Below are positions 33,568 to 42,400 of a stretch of DNA of 64,000 nt, piece after piece; position 1 is the first letter of the stretch, and each line of letters begins with the position of its first letter. Under the pieces are notes generated by a model, which saw only the letters and a list, made by a program, of their open reading frames with translations, was not told the origin of the DNA and made no database searches. The stretch covers positions 23,502 to 87,501 of the forward strand of contig JAFLEF010000023.1 of the NCBI GenBank assembly GCA_017309115.1, read 5' to 3'. The position numbers were made by a program, and so were the translations under genes. The stretch is from Verrucomicrobiota bacterium. GTDB lineage: Bacteria; Verrucomicrobiota; Verrucomicrobiia; Limisphaerales; UBA9464.

Positions 33568-34482
33568 ATGCCGTTCCTGAATTACCACCATCTGCGGTAT
33601 TTCCGGGTGATTGCCCGGGAGCTCAGTCTTTCCCGGGCGGCTCGGAAACTGAATCTTTCGCCGCCCGCGCTGAGTATTCAGTTGCGCCAACTGGAGGGGA
33701 GTCTTGGTCACACTCTGTTCGAGCGCCGCCGGAGCGGACTGGTGCTGACCGAAGCCGGCCGTCTGGCGCTGGATTACGCGGAGACGATTGGGCGGGCGGG
33801 GGAGGAGTTGATGGATCTGATGCAGCATCAGCCCCGGGGTGGCCGGCACCTTCTTCGCGTGGGCGCGATGGCGACTTTATCGCGCAACTTTCAGTTGGAG
33901 TTCCTCCGTCCGGTCCTGGGTCGGGACGGGGTCGAGATCAAGATTCGGTCCGGAGCGCTCCGCGAACTGGTCGTGTTGCTGCACGCGCTGGAGGTGGATG
34001 TTGTGCTCTCGAATCATCCGGCGCGGCGGGACAGTGAAACCACCTGGCACAGTCATCTCTTGGCGGAGCAGCCTGCCAGCCTGGTGGGAGAACCTTCCTG
34101 GAAGAAGAAGCGGCTGCGATTTCCGGAGGACTTCCGGGACGTCCCGGTGATTCTGCCCAGTCTGGAGAGCAACACCCGGCTGGGTTTTGACCGGCTCATG
34201 GCGGCGGCCGGGGTTCGGCCCAGGGTGGTGGCGGAAGTGGACGACATGGCGATGATCCGACTGCTGGTACGGGAGGGGGGCGCGCTGGCATTAGTGCCTC
34301 CGGTGGTGGTGCGAGGAGAAATTGCCGACGGCCGTTTGGTGGAGACTCATCGGTTGCCGCAACTGTGGGAGACGTTTTATGCGATCACGCCCACCCGCCG
34401 GTTTCCCAACCCGTTGGTGGCCGAGTTGGTGCGGACGTTTGTGGCTAAGAACCCGCCGGAGGATCGGCCTTCGTCGCGATGA
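33568..34482 (+). CDS. LysR-family transcriptional regulator (NhaR/CbbR-like), divergent from dabBA
   Basis: N-terminal wHTH LNYHHLRYFRVIARELSLSRAARKLNLSPPALSIQLRQLE, ~300 aa, with a LysR substrate-binding-type C-terminal half. Confidence 0.88.
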   Translation: MPFLNYHHLRYFRVIARELSLSRAARKLNLSPPALSIQLRQLEGSLGHTLFERRRSGLVLTEAGRLALDYAETIGRAGEELMDLMQHQPRGGRHLLRVGAMATLSRNFQLEFLRPVLGRDGVEIKIRSGALRELVVLLHALEVDVVLSNHPARRDSETTWHSHLLAEQPASLVGEPSWKKKRLRFPEDFRDVPVILPSLESNTRLGFDRLMAAAGVRPRVVAEVDDMAMIRLLVREGGALALVPPVVVRGEIADGRLVETHRLPQLWETFYAITPTRRFPNPLVAELVRTFVAKNPPEDRPSSR

Positions 34483-34569
34483 TGGCTGTCGGGTTCGCTC
34501 ACGGAGGATTGCCAGCCACGGCGCGGGCGATAGGCTGGTCGCTCGCAGTAACTGAGATTCATCACGACT

Positions 34570-35205
34570 ATGGCACTTCGATTGGGCGATTTGGCGCCGG
34601 ATTTCACGGCGGAAACCACTGAGGGAACGATTCAGTTCCATTCCTGGTTGGGCGACTCCTGGGGCATTCTTTTTTCGCATCCGGCGGATTACACGCCGGT
34701 GTGCACCACCGAACTGGGCGCCACGGCCAAGCTCGGTGCGGAATTCGCCCGCCGAAATGTGAAGGTCGCCGCGGTCAGCGTGGATCCGCTGGACGCCCAC
34801 CACGGCTGGGTCAAGGACATCAATGAAACCCAAGGTACAACGGTTAAGTTCCCGATCATCGCCGATCCCAACCGGGTGGTCGCCACCGCGTACGACATGA
34901 TCCATCCCAACGCTGATGACAAAGCCACCGTACGTTCGGTGTTCGTCATTGGGCCGGACAAGAAGATCAAGCTGACGCTGACCTATCCGGCGTCCACGGG
35001 TCGGAACTTTCTGGAGCTGTTGCGGGTGATCGACTCGCTGCAACTGACTGCCAAGTATCGCGTCGCCACTCCGGCCGACTGGCAGGAGGGTCAAGACTGC
35101 ATTATCACGCCGGCGGTGAAGGATGCCGAGGCTGAGACGCTGTTTCCGAAGGGCTTTCGGAAGGTGAAGCCGTATCTGCGCTACACACCGCAGCCCAATC
35201 GCTGA
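34570..35205 (+). CDS. 1-Cys peroxiredoxin (Prx6 subfamily)
   Basis: LGDLAPDFTAETTEGTIQFHSWLGDSWGILFSHPADYTPVCTTELG contains the PVCTTE peroxidatic Cys motif. 211 aa, with a Prx6-type C-terminal extension. Confidence 0.9.
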   Translation: MALRLGDLAPDFTAETTEGTIQFHSWLGDSWGILFSHPADYTPVCTTELGATAKLGAEFARRNVKVAAVSVDPLDAHHGWVKDINETQGTTVKFPIIADPNRVVATAYDMIHPNADDKATVRSVFVIGPDKKIKLTLTYPASTGRNFLELLRVIDSLQLTAKYRVATPADWQEGQDCIITPAVKDAEAETLFPKGFRKVKPYLRYTPQPNR

Positions 35206-35227
35206 AGCGGTTTCGCAGGGGATTTTC

Positions 35228-35258
35228 GGGCCGGAAAGCGGATGCCGTTTTCCGGCCC
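35228..35258. terminator. GC-rich hairpin between the convergent prx and P450 genes (possible bidirectional terminator)
   Basis: GGGCCGGAAA (35228-35237) pairs perfectly with TTTCCGGCCC (35249-35258) across an 11-nt loop. Only a short T run flanks it, so it is not a textbook intrinsic terminator. Confidence 0.5.
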
Positions 35259-35264
35259 TTCGCG

Positions 35265-36428
35265 TTACCGGGGGAGCAGGCGGACTGTGAGGGACTCGTA
35301 CGCGGCCGTCCTCCGGTAGCGGGTTTCCTCTTCGACTCGTTCGACGGCATTTAGAATGGAAATCTGCGCCACCCGTTCGGTGCACTTTTGCAGCAGCGTG
35401 CGTAGGATGAGCCGGGCGTGCGCGGCACCCAGACAGAAGTGGGCGCCACTGCCGAAGGCCACGTGTGGGTTCGGCTTCCGATCGAGCCGGGTTTCCTCCG
35501 GGGCATCGAACGTTTCTTCATCCCGATTCGCCGACGCCCAGCAGAGCGAGACCCGGCCGCCCGCGGGTACAGTGTGGCCGTGGACCTCGGTGGGGACCGG
35601 GCAGACCCGGCCGATGTGCGTCAGCGGCGAAATCACCCGGAAGAACTCTTCGCCCGCCAACGCGATTCGACGCGGATCCTCGCGCAGAAACTCGAGCGCC
35701 CGGGGATTCGAACCGAGGTAGCCCAGCACGGAGGAGACGGTGTGAATGATGGTGTCGCGTCCGCCTGCGAAAGCCAGATTGGCAAAGCCCAGCAGTTCCT
35801 CGCGAGTCAGCCGGCGGCCGCGGTAGGTGGCCTGGGAGAGCGCGCTGAAAAAGTCGTCACCCGGATTGGCTTCCGCCCGGTCGAACTGCTGATTCAAATA
35901 CCGTTCCAGCGCGGCGCCTTTCTTTTGGCCATCCCCGCCGTCGCGAAACACGTGAATACCCCAGCTGATCCAGAGCGTTGCCTCCGACTCTGGCATGTTG
36001 AGCAGATAGGTGAGCGCGACGGATTGCAGCGGCAGGGCGAATTCGCGGACCACTTCCAGCGAATCCCGTTGGAAGGCGTCGGTGAGCAACCGATCCACCA
36101 GCGCCTCGACCTGTGCGATCATCGCGGGGTCCTTTGGTCGCTGGAAGAACGGCTCGACGATCTCCCGATACTCGGTGTGTTCCGGCGGATCGGTTTCGAC
36201 CGGGAGTTGGCGCATGGACCGGACATCCTCCTCCGAAGGAATTGGCACCCGGAACGGAGCGTCCGAGCTGTAAGTCTTCCAGTCTTTGGCCGCGCGCCGG
36301 ACATCGTCGAGGCGCAGAATCATGGGGACTTCCTCTCCTTGAAATTCGCCCAGGAATAATCCGGTTTCCTGGCGCGCGTTTTGGAAGGGATCCGGAGAGG
36401 CGGGCGAAGTGGGCGACGACGGGTTCAT
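35265..36428 (-). CDS. Cytochrome P450
   Basis: Heme-binding loop FGSGAHFCLGAAHARL (Cys codon at 35433-35435), plus AGGRDT (I-helix-like) and EEFFRVISP (ExxR region). I chose ATG 36428 (MNPSSPTS...), because the longer ORF-track start at 36773 overlaps the upstream gene. Confidence 0.88.
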   Translation of the reverse strand: MNPSSPTSPASPDPFQNARQETGLFLGEFQGEEVPMILRLDDVRRAAKDWKTYSSDAPFRVPIPSEEDVRSMRQLPVETDPPEHTEYREIVEPFFQRPKDPAMIAQVEALVDRLLTDAFQRDSLEVVREFALPLQSVALTYLLNMPESEATLWISWGIHVFRDGGDGQKKGAALERYLNQQFDRAEANPGDDFFSALSQATYRGRRLTREELLGFANLAFAGGRDTIIHTVSSVLGYLGSNPRALEFLREDPRRIALAGEEFFRVISPLTHIGRVCPVPTEVHGHTVPAGGRVSLCWASANRDEETFDAPEETRLDRKPNPHVAFGSGAHFCLGAAHARLILRTLLQKCTERVAQISILNAVERVEEETRYRRTAAYESLTVRLLPR

Positions 36429-36490
36429 GGAAAGCGGTTGGGTCGTAAGGGAACCATGGGGAGCCAAGGGAACCGAGCGAAAAGCCGGGC

Positions 36491-37762
36491 TCAGGGCGCC
36501 GGCCGAATGCCTGTGCGAGTGCGACAGAGAAACCGGCAGGCTTCGGACCAATCCACTCCATGATCGGCCTGGAGTCGCGCGCCGACGGCCGTGCGCCAGG
36601 ATTCGGGAAATAGATTCGGTCCCTGCAGGGCGCCCGCCATGGCTCCAATCAGCTGCGCGTACGAATCGGAGTCGTGGCCCCATTCCAGACAGAGCTGCAC
36701 GGCAGCGAGGGCATCGTAGTCGGCGAGTTCCAAACACGAGACGGCCACCACCACGGGCACTTGGGCCTCCCATTTGGTGGTTTCGGCGAAGACTTGGTCG
36801 AGTCGGGCAAATAGGCGGGCTGGCTCGCCCTCAGCTTCCCGGGCGAGTTTGAGGGCCAGATTCAGCCAGCGGTCCACCGCCCGCTCGGTCCAGCGAATCT
36901 GGCGAAAGCGAAAGGGATCGGTGGTGCGCATGACTTCGAAAACGTGGGTGTAGGCCATGCGGGGTCGGGCGGCGTCCCATGGGGTCACCAGCGCCTCGGC
37001 CAGGCCCGCCACCAGCGCGGCATTCAGATCCTTGCCGAAGCCATTGTCGAAGAACGCCAGGTCGTACGCGGCGCGGTAGGCGGCTTCCGGTCGCCCGGCT
37101 TCTAGCGCGGCGATCGGCAATAAGGTCATCTGCCCGCTACACGTCGGTAAACTTTGCCACATGCGCTCGGGAGGAAGTGCCCGGGACAAGTCGCGCTCGC
37201 CGAGCACCCACCGGGCGGCGAGTTGCCACTCCTCCAGCCAGTCGCGCGCGAGGGCTTCGTAGCCGGGGCGACCGGCGATGGCTGGCGAGGACGGCCAGTC
37301 GAGATACGCCTTCGCCAAATCCTGAACGGTTAGCGGCCAACGCCCCGTACGGTCGGCCCGCTCGAGTGCGAAGAGCAGAACCAGCTTGTGACGCGTGTCG
37401 TCGGTGATCGTCCCGGGTTCGGACAGCTGATTCCATTGGCCGTAGGATTCGGGGGTGGGTCGGAGGTCGCGATAAGAACGGAGCCGGAGGCGGGCCGCCG
37501 TGGCCGCGCGGGCGCTGGGATTCAGTTTCTCCCCCGGTTGCCAGACCTTGGGCGGGTCCAAGAGGTTCTGAATTCTGTTGCGGGGTTGGAACTCAATCGG
37601 CCCCCCCAAGGCATCGCCCAAGGCCGTGCCCCACATCAAGCCGCAGATCCGTTCTTCGACCTCAACCACCGAGAGGTTCGGGGCGGCATGAACCAGTGCC
37701 GAGGTGAGCATTCCCAGCACAGGAGCGTGCTGGAGAAACTGGCGACGGGAGCAAGGAATCAT
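36491..37762 (-). CDS. ADP-ribosylglycohydrolase-family protein with a twin-arginine (Tat) signal
   Basis: N-terminus MIPCSRRQFLQHAPVLGMLTSALVHAAPN (SRRxFL Tat motif). GLMWGTALGDALGGPIEF is the ARH family N-terminal motif. C-terminal WGHDSDSYAQLIGAMAGAL matches the second metal-site motif. Confidence 0.8.
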   Translation of the reverse strand: MIPCSRRQFLQHAPVLGMLTSALVHAAPNLSVVEVEERICGLMWGTALGDALGGPIEFQPRNRIQNLLDPPKVWQPGEKLNPSARAATAARLRLRSYRDLRPTPESYGQWNQLSEPGTITDDTRHKLVLLFALERADRTGRWPLTVQDLAKAYLDWPSSPAIAGRPGYEALARDWLEEWQLAARWVLGERDLSRALPPERMWQSLPTCSGQMTLLPIAALEAGRPEAAYRAAYDLAFFDNGFGKDLNAALVAGLAEALVTPWDAARPRMAYTHVFEVMRTTDPFRFRQIRWTERAVDRWLNLALKLAREAEGEPARLFARLDQVFAETTKWEAQVPVVVAVSCLELADYDALAAVQLCLEWGHDSDSYAQLIGAMAGALQGPNLFPESWRTAVGARLQADHGVDWSEACRFLCRTRTGIRPAP

Positions 37763-38814
37763 ACGGGCAGCAGTGGGTGAACCCGCGGTTCGAGCACCAG
37801 GTCGCGGGAAAGTTCGAGCAGTTCCTGTTTTCGGGCCAGTCCGTAGCCAACCGGCAATTGAGCGTAGCCGATGAGCCGACGCATGATTTCTACGCCGGTC
37901 AGTTGCCGCATGAGGGCATCATCAAATGACGACGGCGCCGCGTAGGCCGATCTCCAGGCTGGGGCGAGATCCGTTGATTGTCCCGACAACGTGAGGTGCG
38001 CCAGAAACACGGCGGCATCAAACTCAGGCCGACCGAAGAAGCCGAACTCGGGATCAATGACCCGTGGACCAGCAGGGGTGCGCAGCAGGCTTCCCGGAAA
38101 GAAATCACCGTGAAGCAAGCTGGGGCCGTCGCTCAGATACGCCTCCCGGCCCAAACGCGCAGTCTCACGGCAATAGCGGGGATCCTTCTTTAGCGAATGA
38201 GCCACCTGTGCTAAACCCGGGGTGAGGGCATCCAGATCGAGTCCATTGGCGGGTTGCAATGGGATCTCAAAAATATGGGCGTGATTGAGCTGCCGCATTT
38301 CCCGATTGGTCAGATCGCGCGGCTCCTCTTCCGCCCCCGGATGGTGGAGTGCCGAGAGAAACCGGCCCAGATGCTGAACTTCGTCGCGGGTGAACACATC
38401 GCCCCGGTACACACCGGTGTAGTCACTGGCCGCCCCCAAGTCCTCCAGGATTAACACCCGGGCGTCAGGATCGACTGCCCGGATCTGGGGCAGAAACTTA
38501 GCCACCTCTGGTCGGAGGGAAACGAGCCGATAGAATTCGGCTTCGCGCAACGTGCGATCCCAGGGGGCGGCGAACTGCGGATATTTCTCCACCCAGGGCC
38601 GTGACTGCTTGACGATGAAGGAGCCACGGTCCGTGAGAACGCGGACGGTGCAGTTCATGTTGCCGTCGCCGGCGCGTTCAACCGCGAGCACGCGTTCGCC
38701 GGGTGCGAGCTGTCCAACCGTTGTCAGAAACGTGGCGAGGTCGGCCGGCCGTTGCGCGCTCAGATAGAACGTGTGCGGAAAGCCACTCGGTGGGAGCGAT
38801 GGAGAATCAACCAT
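37759..38814 (-). CDS. APH/choline-kinase-fold phosphotransferase, methylthioribose-kinase-like
   Basis: AGDGNMNCTVRVLTDRGSFIVKQSRPWVEKYPQFAAPWDRTLREAEFY resembles the MtnK N-lobe, and LLHGDFFPGS is the catalytic-loop Brenner-type motif. Its TGA overlaps the ATG of the downstream ARH gene (37759-37762). The start could instead be 38916. Confidence 0.7.
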   Translation of the reverse strand: MVDSPSLPPSGFPHTFYLSAQRPADLATFLTTVGQLAPGERVLAVERAGDGNMNCTVRVLTDRGSFIVKQSRPWVEKYPQFAAPWDRTLREAEFYRLVSLRPEVAKFLPQIRAVDPDARVLILEDLGAASDYTGVYRGDVFTRDEVQHLGRFLSALHHPGAEEEPRDLTNREMRQLNHAHIFEIPLQPANGLDLDALTPGLAQVAHSLKKDPRYCRETARLGREAYLSDGPSLLHGDFFPGSLLRTPAGPRVIDPEFGFFGRPEFDAAVFLAHLTLSGQSTDLAPAWRSAYAAPSSFDDALMRQLTGVEIMRRLIGYAQLPVGYGLARKQELLELSRDLVLEPRVHPLLPV

Positions 38815-39483
38815 GTCGGAATCCTGCGTCCCGATAAGCGGGCCGAGCCGCGCGAAGTCAAGTTTGGACCGGTCTGGAGATGCAGGCGCCCCCGGGCCCG
38901 GCACCCGGCACACCAACCGCGGCCAGAACGGCGAACAAAAATATTTGGAAGAAATCGGTGACCGATGCCGGGATTCTCCGAATCAGAGGTCAGAATGTCT
39001 CTGCATCTCTCGTCTCCGGCGCCGCGGTTCGCGACATCAACGAGCCGTGTTGCTCGGAGAAGTGGGAACGGGAGAAAGCGGGAGGGATTTGTCGGAACCG
39101 GGTGGAAGTTCGGTTCTCCCAGGAACCAGGTAGCCAATATACCGGTTCACCGGCATTCCCAGATCTCGCATGCAGGGGGCATTCTGAAAGGCGTGCTCGG
39201 CTGCAGTAGGGAGCGCACTTGTTCTCGGACGCAACTGGAGATGGCCACGGCTCAGGTCCAACCCAGGCCGGCGAATAGTGGGAGGTTACCCAGACCCCGT
39301 TCGTCGGCCTTATCTGAGCCGAAGTCTGTCTTCCGGAAGCTTACCCTCCCGATTGGGGTGGGGCGGCGGGTCGCGGGTGTGAAGGATAGAGACACACTCC
39401 GGCCCGCCGTTTGGTCCCACCCGAAATGGCTCCAGTTCGCTTTCTGAACTCTCACCCTCATCCGTTTCTCGTCCTCTGCTCTC

Positions 39484-42400
39484 ATGAAAAACCTTCTCAG
39501 TGTCTTGAGTCTTTTCGCCGCCCTTGGCGGGGCCCCTGGCTCCGTCGCCGACTCCCCTGTCCCTGAACAGGTGTTGGTGAAGTTGAAGTCCAATCCGTCA
39601 ACGCGGGTATCGAGGTCAGCGGTAGAGACGGTTCAACAGTTGCTGCCCGGGGCCACGTACGAAGGGCCACTGACAGCGGATGGCTGGCATCAGTTGACGC
39701 TCCCTACAGGGACAACGATGACTCAGGCCCTTGCCGAATTGGAACTCAGTGCTGACGTCGAGTACGCCGAACCGAATCTTCGGTATGCTCTACTCCAACC
39801 CGCCCGCAGTAGTGGCGGTACGATGACGGAAGCAAACCGCCGAGTCGCACCGGCGGCTGGCGAACCGACGGATCCCTTGTTTCCCCGTTTGTACGGACTT
39901 CGAAACATCGGTGTTCCCCAGGCCTGGCAGCACAGCCCGGGCAGCAACACCGTGGTAATCGCGGTCTTTGATACCGGCATCGACTACACGCATCCGGATC
40001 TAGCCGCAAACATGTGGCGCAATCCGGGAGAAATCCCAGGCAATCGAATCGACGACGACAGGAATGGGTTCGTCGATGACGTGTTCGGCGCCAACGTGGT
40101 GAATAACACGGGCGATCCCATCGACCGCCATGGCCATGGGACGCACGTCGCGGGAACAATCGGAGCGGTCGGCCACAACGGTCAGGGGGTTATCGGCGTC
40201 AACCAGAATGTGCAATTGCTCGCCGTCCGAGTCGCGCGGGACTACGACGGCGCCTTCGCCGGCGACCTGGTCCGGGGCTTGGATTACCTGACCGCACTCA
40301 AGAAACGTGGTGTGAACCTCGTCGCGGTGAATCACAGCTGGGGTGGGATCTGGCCGAATCGGGCCCTGATAGAAGCGATGGGCCGGCTCTCTGCGGTCGG
40401 CGTGGTCAACGCGATAGCCGCTGGCAATTCACGGGAGGATCACTCGATTGTTCCCAAATTTCCCAACGAGTACAACTTGCCCGGAATCATCACGAGCGGC
40501 GCGGTGGATTCGGAGGATCACCTCTCTGACTTTAGCGACTTCGGCATTCATACGGTAGATGTCGCTGCTCCCGGGGTCTTCATCTGGAGCACTCTTCCTG
40601 GCAATCGCTACGCCGCATGGTCGGGCACTTCGATGGCGACGCCGCATCTGACCGGTTCGGTGGGGTTGCTCTATTCCGTTCGCCCGGACCTCACCCCAGA
40701 ACAGGTGAAATACCTGCTCATGAATACGGTGGATCCGCTGCCGGAATTCGACCGAGGTCGCGTTCGCAGCGGCGGCCGGATCAATGTGGGTCGGGCTGTC
40801 CAATGGTTGGTGGAGGGCAAGCCGTTACCCACGACGTTCACGCGCCCGGAAATCCCGGCGCTGACGGTGACTTCGGTCAGCCGAACACCGGCCGGATTCG
40901 ATGCCAACGAAGCCAGTTCCGCTCCGGCCCTCAGCCGCGACGGGCGCTTCGTGGCGTTTGTTTCTCGGGCGTCCAATTTGGTTCCCGGTGACACGAATAC
41001 CCTTGCTGACGTTTTCCTGCGGGATCGTCAGGAGGGAACAGTGACGCGGGTTTCGCAGACGGCAGAGGGACGCCAAGCCGACGGCTCTAGCACGTTGCCC
41101 GCCATCAGCGGAGATGGTCAGTGGGTAGCGTTTGTGACGGCGGCCCGTTCACTCGTTCCCGAGGACACGACCGCGCTGAAGGATATTGTGCTATGGCAGC
41201 GGGAGAGTGGGGCGTTGCAATGGATCAGCCGCTCCGAGGTGGGCGAGACCTCCGGCAACAGCGACTTTCCGTCGTTGGACTTCACCGGGCAACGAGTCGT
41301 CTTTCAATCCAACGTGCGCCTGGTCGACGGCGATACCAATGGAGTCTTGGACGTGTATCTCTTCGACCAGCCCAGTGGAAAATTGGAAGTCATCAGCCGA
41401 ACGCAAACGGGTGAATCGGCCGAAGGCTCCTCCTCGGGTCCAGTCATCAGCAGCGATGGTCGTTGGGTGGCGTTCCTGTCGTCGTCCAGCCAGTTGGTGG
41501 AAGGCGACACCAACCAAGTGGCCGACGCCTTCGTTCGCGACTTGTCCACGGGCGTGACGGAGTTGGTTAGCCGGAGTTCGATTGGGGACTTGGTGGATCA
41601 GGCTGTGACTCGGGTTCGCATCAGCGGAGATGGCCGCTATGTCGCGTTTCAAACGGCGGCGAGAACTCTGGAACCCCTGCCCGCGGGGAGCGGGGTTCAG
41701 GTGTATCTCCGCGATCGGCAGGAGGGGCGAACTTGGCGGGTGTCGAAGTCGGCCGAAGTCGGGGCGTTGACCGGGACGACGGCGCTGGAGGGTATTTCGG
41801 AGGATGGCCGCTGGGTGATCTTTCGCTCCAATTCATCCCAACTTCCGCCCGGTGCGGGGTCGGTGGTTCAACGGGTCTTTGGTTACGATCGATTGGTTGA
41901 TGACGTCGTGGCCCTGTCTTACAGCGACTCGGGACAGCCTGCCTCGGCGGTTCCCGAGTTTCTGGGGGTGAGTGATATCGGGATTTCCGAGGCGGCGATC
42001 TCCGGCAATGGAGGGTCGATTGCCCAGACGACTTTGGGGTGGAACTTGGCGCCTGGAGATGGGAATGCCGCGCCCGATATCTTCGTCTCCGATCGCGCGT
42101 CCCTCTCACTGGATCTGTCGGTGCGAGCCGTCGGCGAGTCGCGCGAGACGGGGCGTGGTGTGGTCGGCCCGGCCATTGTACAATACCACGCTCAGTCGCT
42201 CCGCGGACAGGAATCGGGGTCGGTGGAACTTCGCTTGATCAACCGGGGCGTGAGTCAGCCAGAACCTCGGGTGCGAATTGAATCAGCGCCTCCGGGAGTC
42301 ACCTGGTCCTGGCCGGCGGGAACGGTGGCCGAAGGTGACGGGGTGTTTCGCCTTCCGCCGCTCGCAGCGGGGGCGGGTACAACTTGGACAGTGCAGATTC

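Noticed and set aside
34291-36773. ORFs 34291-35385 (-), 35418-36359 (+), and the long 502-aa version of the P450 ORF (start 36773)
   Set aside because: The first two are antisense to the peroxiredoxin and P450 genes and have no motifs. The long P450 start would overlap the 3' end of the ADP-ribosylglycohydrolase gene and adds an R/G-rich non-P450 extension, so ATG 36428 is preferred.
38760-39593. ORFs in the kinase/protease intergenic region: 38965-39447 (+), 38880-39209 (+), 38760-39137 (-), 39252-39593 (-)
   Set aside because: All translate to R/S/G/P-rich sequence with no hydrophobic core pattern or motif. They overlap one another in several frames, so the region is treated as non-coding.
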